A stretch of 64,000 bases of DNA. Source: Lama guanicoe (taxonomy: Eukaryota). Position numbers and translations under genes: made by a program. The stretch spans positions 2,880,943 to 2,944,942 of the forward strand of contig MU053216.1 of the NCBI GenBank assembly GCA_013239625.1, in the 5' to 3' direction. A model generated the notes under the pieces. The model saw nothing but the letters and a program-made list of their open reading frames with translations. It was not told the origin of the DNA and made no database searches. Positions 35,588 to 47,850 of this stretch are shown piece by piece (the stretch's first letter is position 1; each line of letters starts with the position of its first letter).

Positions 35588-35859
35588 TCACGTAGGTCTT
35601 GATGGCAGTCTTCCCCTTCTGCTTCTGCAGCTCTGAAGCACAGTCCTGAGGGAGGTGGGGAAGGATGCTGCGTCACCAGGGCAGAGCGGATGGAGGGCTG
35701 CACACGTGTGCACAAAACAGGCACACGAATGGTCCCTGGACTGCTCTCGGGTCCATGGAAAATCTCCATCTCTGACGCACATGACAGCAGAAATTGGTAG
35801 CTTTTCAAGGGAGAAAGAATAGGCTTTGTGTCCTCCAAAGTGACTCTCAGCGAGGCAGG

Positions 35860-36700
35860 GCATTTACATGGGTCCCCGCTGCTCTCCGGCTGCGGGAGCC
35901 CGGCGCGGGGGCTGCTCTGGGCGGCTGCGCCCCGCGCGGCAACCCCCGGAAGACGCCCCCCAGCGCGGGCACCGGGCAGGGGCGCTCCTGCGGGGCTGCT
36001 GGCCTGCAGCCCCAGGAGCAGCCGTGAGTTTGCAGCCTCATGGCATGTTTGTAACTTAGTCCCTCGCAGACCTGAGCTCCTCGCGCCCGCCCGCCGCCCG
36101 CAGCCCCGGCGGAGGCGTCTCCCGCCCAGAGCCCTGTGCGGTCGGAGAAGCAGTGAGCGGGAGGCACAGCCTGTGCCTGGGAGACAGGCCTTCCCTCCGA
36201 AGGGCCGCTCCGGGCGCTGCTCTGCGCTTGCGGGCGGAGCCCAGGTCCCCGCAGGCCCTGCCCGCCCCGCAGCAGGCGGCCTCCTGCCCCGCGGGCCGGG
36301 CCCTCCGAGCCGCTCGCTTTCCTCCTGGCTTTTGACAGCGGAGATTTAGCTACCCCTGAAAAAGGAAAGCGCTCCGGGAGTTAGCCTTTCCCGCAGAGAT
36401 CTCCCGGTGCTGAGGCCTTGCGGGCAGACGTCGCTCCCGCTGGCCGGGCCCTCCCGCCGTTCCCCGTTCCGGCGGCTGCCTCGCTGCGGGGGGGCCCTCC
36501 CTGGGCGGGGGGCGTGCGGGGCAGCGCCCGGCCCGCACCCTCCAGACCCGGCGGCGACCCCCGCCCCAGGGTGACAGCCGAGACTGCCCCAGACGCTGCC
36601 GCGTGTCCCCTGGGGTGACAGTGACACTGCCCCTGGCTAGAGCCGCTGGCTTAGCGTCGCACGGGCAAGTGTCTGTCGTTCCGTTGTGCGCTGTGCTGTA
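35860..36700. promoter_or_regulatory. CpG island (no linked gene recognised)
   Basis: ~840 bp of very high GC with dense CpG and GC boxes, sharply bounded by AT-richer DNA. Confidence 0.8.
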
Positions 36701-37486
36701 GGGATGCTGTACATTCACCACCGGAAACAACAGTGGCCTCAAAAATCAGATGGCTTCTCTTTTCCCCAAAAGAAACCCCCTCCTTTTAACTTTCAGATTT
36801 AGATTCCATTGATTATCCGTATTTCCAAGGCCAGGGTCACTGATTTTATTTTCCCAAGGAAAGGGAAACTCTTGGAGACTTAATTTCTCAGTTTGGCCGA
36901 ATGTCTTGATGGAGAAGAAATGGAGAGGAACGCACTCCGCAGGAAGCAGTGGCGTTTCATTTTTCGTGAGTGGTTTAAGCCACAAGCGGATGTCTTTCAA
37001 AGCCGTGAGGAGCACGCCAGTTCTCTCTGGCAGCTACACCCCCTCACGCCTGATCCTCGCGTGTTTCCCGACCAGGTCCGCAACCTCTGCGTCGCTGCGT
37101 GTCCAGGCGAAAGCCGGGCTGTGAGATGAGGCTGTCAATCATTCATTCGTGACTGAATAACAGGGAACCAAGTGCCTTAGGATTTTAGTAAGGAAATACT
37201 GCCAGATCAACCACCGACAAATTAGACCACGTAGGACTCCTCAAAATTCAGCCGGTTAGTGTGGTCTTTATACCACTAGTACATTAGGTTCATTTGAAAT
37301 AATATTTTTCAATATTTTCACTGCGTCACGCCGCAGTGAACTCAAGGTGAGCGGTCGGTAAGCGACACTATGTCTAAGTGAAGCAAATGGGATTTTAATT
37401 CTTTGAAAACCTTGCCCTTAAAGCACGTGATATCTTAAAAAAAAAGGATTTTTAACCAAGTGCATTTTGATTTTATAAAACCTGTA

Positions 37487-37572
37487 GGGGGACAGTGGTA
37501 GAGCGTGTGTTTAGCATGCACGGGGTCCTGGGTTCAGTCCCCAGTACCCGCATTCAAAAAAAAAATCAAAAC
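37487..37572 (+). mobile_element. tRNA-derived SINE (vic-1-like), 5' region partly deleted
   Basis: cagtggtagagcgtgtgtttagcatgcacggggtcctgggttcagtccccagtacc plus A tail; imperfect TSD aaa(c)ctgtag. Confidence 0.82.
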
Positions 37573-37838
37573 AAAACTGTAGAAATTCATGTGTATTCAG
37601 TACAAATGAATACTTTCTGATTTAATTCAAGTAAGGATCTAAAATAGAGCCTACTTATTGCACTTTACAAGCATTATCTTTGACACATAATGTTTAAATA
37701 AGGGTCATTTGCTGTAATCCATAAGAAGCACCACGGCAGAAAGCAGAGGGGTTAATACGTCACAAGTAGAATCATCACAAAAATGGACAAATAAAAAAAT
37801 CAAAGGAAACAGTTACACTTAAAAATGCAGTGATACTT

Positions 37839-38047
37839 GGGATTTGCAGATACTAACCACTGTATATAAAATAGATGAACAACCAGGACCTACTGTAGAG
37901 CACAGGGGACTTTAGTCAATACCTTGTAGTCAGCTAGAATGAAAAAGAATAGGAAAGGGAGCATATGTATGTATAACTGAATCACTACGCTGTACAGCAG
38001 AAACTAACCCAACGTTGTAAATCCTCTATCCTTCCACTAAAAAATAA
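37839..38047 (+). mobile_element. L1 3' end (cetartiodactyl type)
   Basis: gatttgcagatactaaccactgtatataaaatagatgaacaaccaggacctactgtagagcacaggg. Confidence 0.85.
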
Positions 38048-40459
38048 AATGATATTTTTACATTGATAGTTTTGTACTTCAGAGGACACCTTTTCCTGGC
38101 ATTCTTTTTTTTATTGAAGTATATAGTCAGTTTACAATGCTGTGTAGAGGACACTTTTGTTAATACACAATGGAGCATTTTTATTTTTTTAAGTTAAATA
38201 GTAAGATCCCAGTGAACAACAAGCAGATAGTTTTAAATTATTGTTACTGTTATCAGGAGCAGGGTGGGTAGAGAATATGAATTTTGACACGTGGTGGGCG
38301 AAGCAAAGTCAGACAGGGGTTTCTGAGTAGCGCTGGAAAGGTTCTTCAGAGCAGTGCAGAAGTAAATGTTTGTCTCTGGAAAACCTCTCATACTGTGCAG
38401 ATTCCGAGAGGAGAGCAAGCTCGCATCCAGGCATCGTATAACTGGCCCCTGTAATGGAGGGACTCTATTGCCTGTGGGGTGCCAAACGTGGACAGAAACA
38501 GCCGACCCGTGACAGCGGAGTTCAAGGCTCATGAACACACGGTGCTTTAACCAACTGTCTTTGGAGTAACCGTGGAGGGGCAAGGGCTCATCTCTAATTA
38601 GGGTGTCAGTCCTGAGGCAGAGTGCCATCCATGTGAATGCTTTTGACTTAGCTTGGGATCTGGACCAGAGTACGTCACAAAGGATGTGGAGAGAGGTGTC
38701 AAAAGAAGAAACTCACCCGAAGGACCAGGAGCAAGAAAACTGCATGAATTGCTTCTGACTACAATTCGCATTAATAATCAGGTAAGAATAAATGGAAACT
38801 GGTACAGAAAAACGTTGTTGTTAAATTTTTGGACTACGGGTGGAGAGCAGACATGTGTTTATGCTTGGATTAAACTGCTTCACAAGCTAGATGTGTATTC
38901 CACAGGAAAGGCTCCCTGCCTCTAGTAATTTTTTTTAGCATTATGTGGTTGAATGCTCAAAGAGTTGTTTGAAGCATCATTTTCAGATGGTAAAATGGTG
39001 GGTCCAACTACTAATACTTTCAGACAAAATACTGACGCTTCAAGTAGGAAGATTCTGTAAAACAACATAATTGGAAATAGCTTATTAGTTAGATACGTTG
39101 TTTTCATATACATTATCTCAGTACTAACGTGGCTTGTCAGTCGATGCTGTCCTGTCTCACGGCTCTAAGCAAAGAGCGACATCATCCGATTTACAATTTT
39201 CTAATCTCCTCTAACTGCTCTGCAGATAGTGTGTCACAGAGAATCCAGAATGGAAGTGAGGGAATCGAGTTGGATGCTGTTGCCATGGTAACATGGGAAA
39301 TGATGGCTGGAAATGAGGACAGGAAGACTGAGGCTGAGGGAAATGGACAGGCTGCAAATATAGTTTTGATGGAGGATTGACAGGACATGACGTCACCATT
39401 TCCAACATGGTGGTGAGGATGAGGTGGGGTGAGATTTGAAAGCTGACAGGTTCAAAATTGGAAGGCTCTTTGTACTAAACCCAGAAGTCCATTTCTAGGT
39501 ACTGTAATACAGGCACCAAAGGAAACGTCAAAACTAGAAGTACTTGTTGGTAAATTGGGTGACATAAATTTTTGAATTAAAGGAGAGTTTTGATACTGAA
39601 ACTGGGTAATAGGGTGAATTCCAAGGCTGAACAAAAATAAACTGGTTTTGAATCATTTCACAGCAGCTAGGAGGCCTCTCTAATGGTGGTTCCCTAACTC
39701 CTCTCCCTTTCCACCCACCCCCTCAACCAACTTTGGAAAAATACCACCCACGACCAATTTTGAAACAATCAGACGCTTCCTTTTTTCAGCCCCTCCTTGT
39801 AGACCAGGGTTGCAAGGTGGACTTGTAATTTCCAACAAGAGGCGAGTGGAAACATGCTTCTGCCACACGGGCTTCCAGAAAGGGTGCTCCTTACCTGATA
39901 GGAGAAAGTCAGAGGGTGAGAGGAGCTCGCGCTCCCGCCCTCTTCTTTCCCTCCCTCTTCCTTAAATGCCCCTTTGCTTTCTCCCCAAGCCCTTGATGTG
40001 GGAGCTGGGAACCGTCTGGGCTAGCGATGTGTTTAGCTGTCTCTCCTCAAGCTGTTGCTCTGCCGTTCTCCTTGCTTGGATGGACAGAATGCAAGTGGAC
40101 GTGAGGCGTCATATCTGGGTGGCGGCATTAACAAGTCCTGCAGAGTTACAAAATACCAGCCCCAAAATTTGAGAAATCAACTCCAGACTTCTTGTTAAGA
40201 AAGCAACAAGTATCTTCATACTTGAAACGACAGTTAGTAGCGTGTTCTGTTATAAATTAATCCTTGCTGATAGGTGGTACATCCAAGTGACAGTTTCAGT
40301 AAAAAGAAAAATATATATATATAAATGGAGAGCAGATAAGCCATGCATAGTGTTGTATGGGTCCAACATAACAGAAACTTTAATTGATAGTGCATGATGG
40401 GATAAACTAGATTTTTTTTCAGTTATTCTTCACTTAGAATCTCTTTTCAGTAAACAAAG

Positions 40460-40770
40460 GAACTTAGTGTCATGGATTTGGGTTTGCCAAGCAGACAAAC
40501 TTAATCCCCAAATCTGCTCCTCTCTGTTTTAGCTTTGTGACTATTGGCAAAGCTGCCTGACCTTTCTGTGGTTACCTAAAGTTGTGAGCACTGAATGAGA
40601 CAGTCCATGTACACTACGCAGTGCACGGGCTTGGGATGTGGTGAGCAGGTGGTAAAGTCTCTGAGCATCAGATTCCTTATGATAAATCCACAGGCCTCCT
40701 ATGAGAATCAGACGATATAATACATATCGAATGTCTAGCAGAGAGAATATTCTTAATAAATATCCAACAC
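40460..40770 (+). mobile_element. MIR fragments
   Basis: tagctttgtgactattggcaaagctgcctgacctttctgtg; tatgagaatcagacgatataatacatat. Confidence 0.6.
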
Positions 40771-41339
40771 TTCACCTCTAGAGCAATAACCGTGGCTAAT
40801 TTATGATGAGACCATTAATAGACGCTTAGCCAGAACTGTTTTCATATGTAATATCTGGTGGAAATAAAGTATAGAGTCCAGTAAAGTGTTCATTTTTATT
40901 AAATGGTGAAATAACTTGAAACAAGAATCTACTTGGTTTGAAGTTCTTTGAGTTCAGGAATTGAGCCCAAAAATAAGGGGGCTATAAAGAACTAGACATT
41001 TTGTGTCCAGGGGAATAAACATGTGAATCAATATCAGATGGAAGAGGAAAACTTTTAGGTGTCCAGGCCAGGTGCTCTGAGAGGCCCTGCGATCTGCCTG
41101 CATAATCTGTGTTGTTACAGCTCAGCAGTTTGCCCTATCCCAGCCAAGTCTCCCTTTGGGTTCTCCCTCTTTAAAATGCTTTCCTGACCCGTGTTCCTGG
41201 CCTTGGATCATTAAACCCGTAGCTCTTATAGCCCCAGTTATTGGCAGCTGTGTTTCTAACTACAGTGCACTAACCCAGCCATGAACCTTGAGAACCACCA
41301 TTTGGTTTAACGATGTGGTTTTGTTGTTCTCTACTCAAG

Positions 41340-41632
41340 CCTGAAAAGTTCCACCATCATACTTGCTTGGCCCAATAAAGTGTGAGTGCAGGTAATGTGT
41401 AACTTCTGGGTGGCGATGTTAAAATCCAGGGTATGTATGATTCACTTAGTTTCTGCCTTTCGCAGGCAGAACCACAGCTGATCTCTGAGTGACTGCAGTG
41501 GGCAGGGAGAGAAAAAACCCTGCCAACCTGCGTAGTGTGTAGTATGAGCAAGAAACACAACTTGGTTCTGCTAAGTTTCTGAGATGCTGAGGCTGTTGGC
41601 TCCCACTCCATAACCTACTCTATCCAGACAAA
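41340..41632 (+). mobile_element. MaLR (MLT1) LTR fragment
   Basis: acttgcttggcccaataaagtgtgagtg; gtagtatgagcaagaaacacaacttggttctgctaagtttctgagat. Confidence 0.6.
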
Positions 41633-41640
41633 AAACCCCA

Positions 41641-41895
41641 TTTTTTATTTTATTTTTTTTGAAGTGTAGTTGATTTACCATGTTAGTTTCAGGCGGAGAG
41701 CAAGGTGATTCAGTTATACACACACATACATATATACGTTTTCTTCTCAGGTTCTTTTCCATTATATGTTATACAAGAAATTGAATATAGTTCCCTATGC
41801 TATACAGTAGGTCCTTGTTGTTTGTCTATTTTATGTATAGTGGTGTATATCTGTTAATCTCACATTCGTAATTTATCCCTCCCTCCACCCCACCC
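41641..41895 (-). mobile_element. L1 3' end (cetartiodactyl type)
   Basis: polyT, tgaagtgtagttgatttac, gaatatagttccctatgctatacagtaggtccttgttg. Confidence 0.88.
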
Positions 41896-42194
41896 CACTC
41901 CCAATGAAAGAACTCAGATACCCAGATCAGGACCAACCATCTTGGGAGTGCTCAATAAAATGCCCTACTTGACTCAAGATGTCCAATAACAGAGTATGTT
42001 TTTGAAGGTTCAATTGGAGCAGCCATGTTTTAGCCTCATTATTTGATTGATTATGTTCAAGGACAAAACGGAGCTAGCTAGGATTAGCTAGGATTAACTA
42101 GTGGAGTAGCTGGGATTCTCCAGAGAAAGACAGACAACCAACAGGGGGTGGGGGGAACTGGCTCACACAGTTACAGAGGCTGAGGAGTCCCCTG

Positions 42195-42900
42195 ACATTT
42201 CCACGTGCATCACAAACTTAACATGATTTGATTCTCCCCAACAGCCCTTTTCTCTCCATCATTAACCATGTTAGAAAATTAGACCATTATTTTGGCCAAA
42301 AACTTGAGAATACATCTTTACCCCTTCTTTTTCAAATACCCACATTCAATCTGTCAAATCTTATCAGCATCTCCTTTAAAATATTCTGGAACTGAATCAT
42401 TTGCTTCCACCTCCAGTGTTAACTACCCTTGTCCAAACTGGATTCCACTCTTGACACTTTACAATCAATTTTCTGCAGAGCACCTAATATTATCCTTTAA
42501 AATACTAAGTCTCTTATTTTAAACACATCTTTACTAAAAATCCTACAGTAGTTTTCATCACCCTTAGAATGAAATGCAAAGTCCTTCCTTCGTATGAATC
42601 TCCTGTTACCTGAGCACCTGGCTCTCTCTCCAGGCTCACCTTCTCAGTCCTATCAGCTGGCTGGAGCCACACTGACCTCCACATGTTCTTTGATGAGCCA
42701 GTTAAGTTCCCACCATTGTTCTTAAATTTTCTTATCTCTCTGCCTCAATTGTTCTTCCTTAAGATAGCCTCATGGCTCACCCTTCAGTTCCTTTGGTGTT
42801 TCTTCAAACTAATCGCTCCTAGAGGGTCCTGAGAAACCTGTCCGAATCTACACTCTATTCTACTGTGATTTCTATCCCCTACCCTGCTCTGGGTTTCTTC
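42195..42900 (+). mobile_element. LINE-2 relic
   Basis: cccacattcaatctgtcaaatc; cccttagaatgaaatgcaaagtcctt; gccacactgacctcc. Confidence 0.7.
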
Positions 42901-42909
42901 ATAGTTACA

Positions 42910-43165
42910 AAAAAAAAATGAGACAAAATAGATGAAGCAATGATCTTCAAGGTGTTGGACATCAGGCAACGAAGAAGAGAAATTCCTGAAAGACTGAAGA
43001 CAGAGGAAGCCCTACGATTGCCTCAGCCCCTTACTTGAATGAGACTCCAATGGATGAGTCAGGACAGAGCATCTCAGGGGGAGCCTCGAAAGCTTCCTGT
43101 GTTGAGGAGATGGAACCAAGAATTTGGGGAGCCCAGCACAACTAAAAATGCATTGTAGAAGAATG
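42910..43165 (+). mobile_element. 5' region of an old L1 (L1MC/MD-like), probably the host of the nested cluster
   Basis: ttggacatcaggcaacgaaga...agccctacgattgcctcagc resembles recalled old-L1 5' sequences. Confidence 0.5.
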
Positions 43166-43169
43166 TTTA

Positions 43170-45402
43170 TTCAAACTTCTTTTTGCTTGTTGCTTTCAAG
43201 ATTCTTTGTCTTTGATTTTTGACAGTTTTAGCATAATGTGTCTTAGAGAAGATCTCTTTGAGTTTAGTCTGTGGACCCGTGAGCTTCGTGAGTTTGTATT
43301 CCAAGTTTCTCCCTACTTTTGGAAGTTCTCAGCCATTGTTTCTTTTAAGAAGCGTTCCACCTCTTTCTCTCACCCTTATTGCTGGGGCAATCCAAGAATG
43401 TGTAGATTATTTCTTTTAATGGTATCCCGTAAGTCACATAGGTTTTCTTCCTTTTTTATTTATTTTTTCCCTCCTGGATAATTTCAAAGGATCTGTCTTC
43501 AGGTTTCACTAGTTCTTTCTTCTGCTTGGTCCAGTCTGGTGCCAAAGCCATCTACTGAATACTTTGGTTCAGTCATTGTATTCTTCAGCGCCCAAATTTC
43601 TACTTGCTTCCTTTTTTGTCTCCCCATCCCCTTAAGGGACTTCTCATTTTGTTCTTGTATTGTTTTCTTGATTCTCTTAAATTATTTATCTGTGTTTGCT
43701 TTTTGCTCTCTGAGCAACCTCAGAACAATTGTTTTGATCTTTTTTATCAGGAAAATCATGTATCTCTATTTGGGGGGGAGGATCGGGTTACGAAGGTTTG
43801 TGTGTTTCTGTGTTAGTGTCACACTTCCCCCGATGCTCTGTGATCCCTGTAGCCCTGTGTAGGTGTCTGCACACTTGAGGAAGCCGTCATCTCTTCCAGT
43901 CTTTAGGGACTGGCTTCAGTAAGGAAAGACCTTCATCTGTGGGTGGGGGATTCACTACAGCATGCTGGGACCCTGGGTCTAATGCTGCAGGGCAAGAAGT
44001 GCAAGGGCACATGGTGATTCTGCATCTGGGGTTCGTGATGTCTCAATTGCTCAGGTTGCTGGAGTCCATAACATCGACAGTTGCATGGTCCTTAGTGAGC
44101 ACTGCAGGAGACTTTTGAGGTTTCAAAGGCTGTTGGGTTCTTAGGAGCATCTCCAGGTCCACCAGCCAGGGACCAGGGCAGACAGCAGGGGCAGCTTGAA
44201 TGGTGGTAGACACATATTCAGCTGCAGGTTGGCTGCAGGGGCCTGTGTAGTGACAAGGACTGGTTGCAGACACATATTCTGTTGAAGGCCAGGGCCAGTA
44301 GCAATGACCATGGTCAACTGCAGGGCACCCGGTCAGCTGTGGGGCTTCACTGTCAGTGTGTACTCCCGTGGCTGCTGGGCTGGTGGACCACCAGCACACA
44401 CAGTGTAAACCAGTAACAGGAGCAGGGGCAGGGCCATGCAAATGCACAGATGGGTGGGTTAGCTGCGAGTAAGCCAAGCAGTGCATGTCAGTGTCAAGAG
44501 ACAGGACTGGATCTGGGCCCACAAGCAGCTGAGGGGCCCTGGCTGCCAGTGTGTGCTACTGCGGCTGCAGGGTCTCATAATAGGTACACGATGGCATGGA
44601 GGCCTGTGATGGGAGTCAGGCCAGTGGCATGCAGGTGAAGTGGAGGGTGAGCCCACAGCATGCACACAACAGTGATGGTCAGCTGCCGTGGTCTGGATGG
44701 TGTCTGGCACCTGTGCAGCTGCAGAGGTCAGGGATGGCTGCCAGTGTGGATCCTGGGCTCCCATGGGGGCTGGAGTGTAGCGAGGGGAAGTGGAGAGATT
44801 TTCAAGCTGCTGGCATCTGCACAGATGAAACTATAGCAAGAAAACTTCAGTGCTGGAGTCTACAGGCAGTCCACGGTGGCTGTGCGGGCCTTTGGTTTCT
44901 TCGGCCGCAAAACCTGCTGGGATTCCCTGCAGAGTCTGACGCTGGGAGCCATGGCCCCTCCCACCATGTGCTAGTACTGTTGCCACTGCCCTTTTCCTTG
45001 TGCCAAGCTGTCTCTATTCATCTCAGCTCTGCTGGTCTCTGGGTAGGGTGAATGCAAAGTGGGTTCTTCATTCATTCCCAACCCTAAAAGGCTTGGGAAG
45101 CTGACTTGCCACCCGTTTCTTCCTCTCCTGGCAAGGGGAACTCTTTTGAGTTGGGGAGTTCCCTCTTAGCTCTGAGCAGTTTCGGCCTGGGGGATGGGGG
45201 AACACAAGCAAAATGAAGCGGCTCTTCCTTCCCTTTTTGTATGGCTATTTGAGACTTTTTTGTTTCACTGTGTTCCCAGTTTCTTAAGTGGACTCTTGAG
45301 CTATCCCAGGGTTATTTTTGTAATGGACAGCTGCCTAATTGTTGATTTTTGTTGAGGAACAGAGGCTGGGGTCTCCTACTCTGTCATTTTGGTGACATCA
45401 CT
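43170..45402 (-). mobile_element. L1 5'UTR + decayed ORF1, antisense
   Basis: ttgctttcaagattctttgtctttgatttttgacagttt and ttggaagttctcagccatt (antisense ORF1), a GC-richer UTR, and an end ctcctactctgtcattttggtgacatcact like an L1 5' terminus. Confidence 0.75.
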
Positions 45403-47850
45403 ACCTAATATGCATTTAATTGGAGTCCCCAGAGAGGAGTGAGCAGACAAAAAATTTAAGGGAACAATGGATGAAAACTTTTCAAGCTTGATGAAAACTA
45501 TAAACCCACATGGATACAAGAAGTTCCAAAAAACCCTCAAAACATGAGAAGTATAGCAGGAACATCATAATCAGGTTTCTCAAAACTAGTAGTAAAGAGA
45601 AAGTATTGAAAACATCAAGAAAAAAAGTAATGTACATACAGAAAACCAGTGATAAGGGTGACAACAAATTTCCCACTGAAAACAATAAAGGTGAGAAAAA
45701 GCACATTTGAAATGCTGAAATTTAAAAAAGAAAACTGTCTAGAATTCTATATGCAGTAAAAATATCTTTCAAAATTAAAAGTAAAAGACTTTTTCAGAAA
45801 TTTAAAAGCTGATGAATTCATCAGCAACAGATCTTTTTACTGAAAAAAAGTTAGAGGAAGTACTTCAGCAGAAAGAAAATATTAATGCATGAAAATATTA
45901 ATCTACAAAAAGGAACGAAGACCACCAACAATGGTAACTAGGTAGGTAAATGTATAAAATTTTTCCTTATTATTTATTTAAATTTATCTAGAAGATAAGT
46001 AATTATTTGAACAAAATTAACAAAGTACTGTTGGATTTTTGACATACGTAAAAGTAAAATGTATGTAACAAAACCACACAGGGCAGGAGAGGGTAAGTAA
46101 AAATATACTATTGTAAAGCTCTGACACTACACATAAAGTGATAATCATTTGAAAGTAAACTAATGAACTAAATAGGTACACTACCAACCCTAAGTAATTA
46201 CAAACCAAAGTGTGACAGCTAATAAATCAACAAAGATACAACAAAAACAAAACAAAAATGCTCAAAGAAAGACCAAAAAAGGGAACAAAGAACAAATGAG
46301 ACAAATAGACAGCAAATAGCAAAATGATAGATTTCAGTCTAACTAAATTAACAACCACATTAAATGTAAATGGTTCAAACAAACCACTTAAAAGGCAAAG
46401 ATTCATATTGGATATAAAAATAAGACATGATTATATATTACCTATAAGAAATGATGTGTAAGTAGAAATAGTTTTAAAATGGAATGGAAGAAAGTAGATC
46501 AGAATAAGAAATATTATTGGAGGTAAAAATGATTAACTTATTATACTGAAGGGGTGAATTATTCAAGAGAATATAACAATCCTAAATATCTATGCACTTG
46601 ATCACAGAGCCTCAAAATGCATACAACAGAAACTGATGGAATCACAACAAGAAACAAATATACAACTATAGTTAAATGTTTCAATACTCCTCTGTCAATA
46701 AGTGATAGAACAAGCAGGCAAACTATTATTAAGTATTTAGAATACTTGTGCAATACTATCAAGCAAACTGACCTAACTGATACTCCATCTAACAATAGCA
46801 GGTTATGCGCATGAGACACTTATCAAAACAAATCTCAATAAATTTAAAAGATTCAAGTCTTATAAAATGTTTTCTGACAACAATGAAATTAAATTAGAAT
46901 CAATAACAGAAATATCTTTGGAAAATCCCTAGATATTTGGAAACTAAGTAATACACTTATGAATAATTTATAATTCAAAAAAGGAAATAGGAAAATTATA
47001 AAGTATTTTGAAATTAAAATGGATTATGATGCATTTGAATAAAAATTAAAACCAGTATATTAAAAATTTGGGGATTCCTCAAAAGCAATATGTAGGTGAA
47101 TTTGTATTACCAAACACATATTTTTTTAAAAAATTTCTTCATACCTAAACTTTAGGAAACTTAAAAAAGAACAGCAATTGAAACTCAAAGTAGGCAGAAG
47201 AACTTTTAAAAGATTAGAGCTGAAATTACTGAAATAGGAAACAGACAAAATAATAGAGAAAATCAATGAAACCAAGAACTCATTCTTTGAGAAGATCAAT
47301 AAAATTAATAAAGCACAAAATTTCAATATCATAAATGAAAGAGTTGACATCACTACAGAATTTATGGGTATTAAGAATATAATAAGGAGATACTATGCAA
47401 AGCTTTATGCCTATAAATTAGAAAATTTCAGAAAGATGGACAAATTCTTTGAAAGACACAAATAATCAACTTAAGAAAATATAATCAGAATAGCCCAATA
47501 TCTATTAAAGAAATCAAATTTGAAGTTAATAATTTTTCCTAAAAAGGAAAATTCCAGGTCCAGATGTCTTTACTGATGAATTCTACACAAGTATTTTAGA
47601 AAGAAATTATACCAATTCTACAAAAACCATTCCAGACAGCTGAAGACGGACTGCTTCTCAACATTTTGTGTTAGGTTAGCAATATCCTAATACTAAATAC
47701 AGGCAAAGATTTTACACAAAAAGAACTACAGACCAATATTCTTCATGAACATAGGATGCAAAAATAATAGACAAAATTTTAGCCAGCTGAATCTATGCTG
47801 AGTTAAATCCCAGAAATACGAGATTGGCTTAATATTTAAAAATCAATCAC
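45403..47850 (+). mobile_element. Old L1: decayed ORF1 end, ORF2 endonuclease and start of RT
   Basis: attcaagagaatataacaatcctaaatatctatgcac (IQENITILNIYA-like) and ccaggtccagatgtctttactgatgaattctac (PGPDGFTGEFY-like). Many stops and frameshifts. Confidence 0.9.

Noticed and set aside
35828..36349. 173-aa Pro/Arg/Ala-rich ORF in the CpG island
   Set aside because: Stop-codon scarcity in GC-rich DNA gives open frames on both strands; no recognisable domain.
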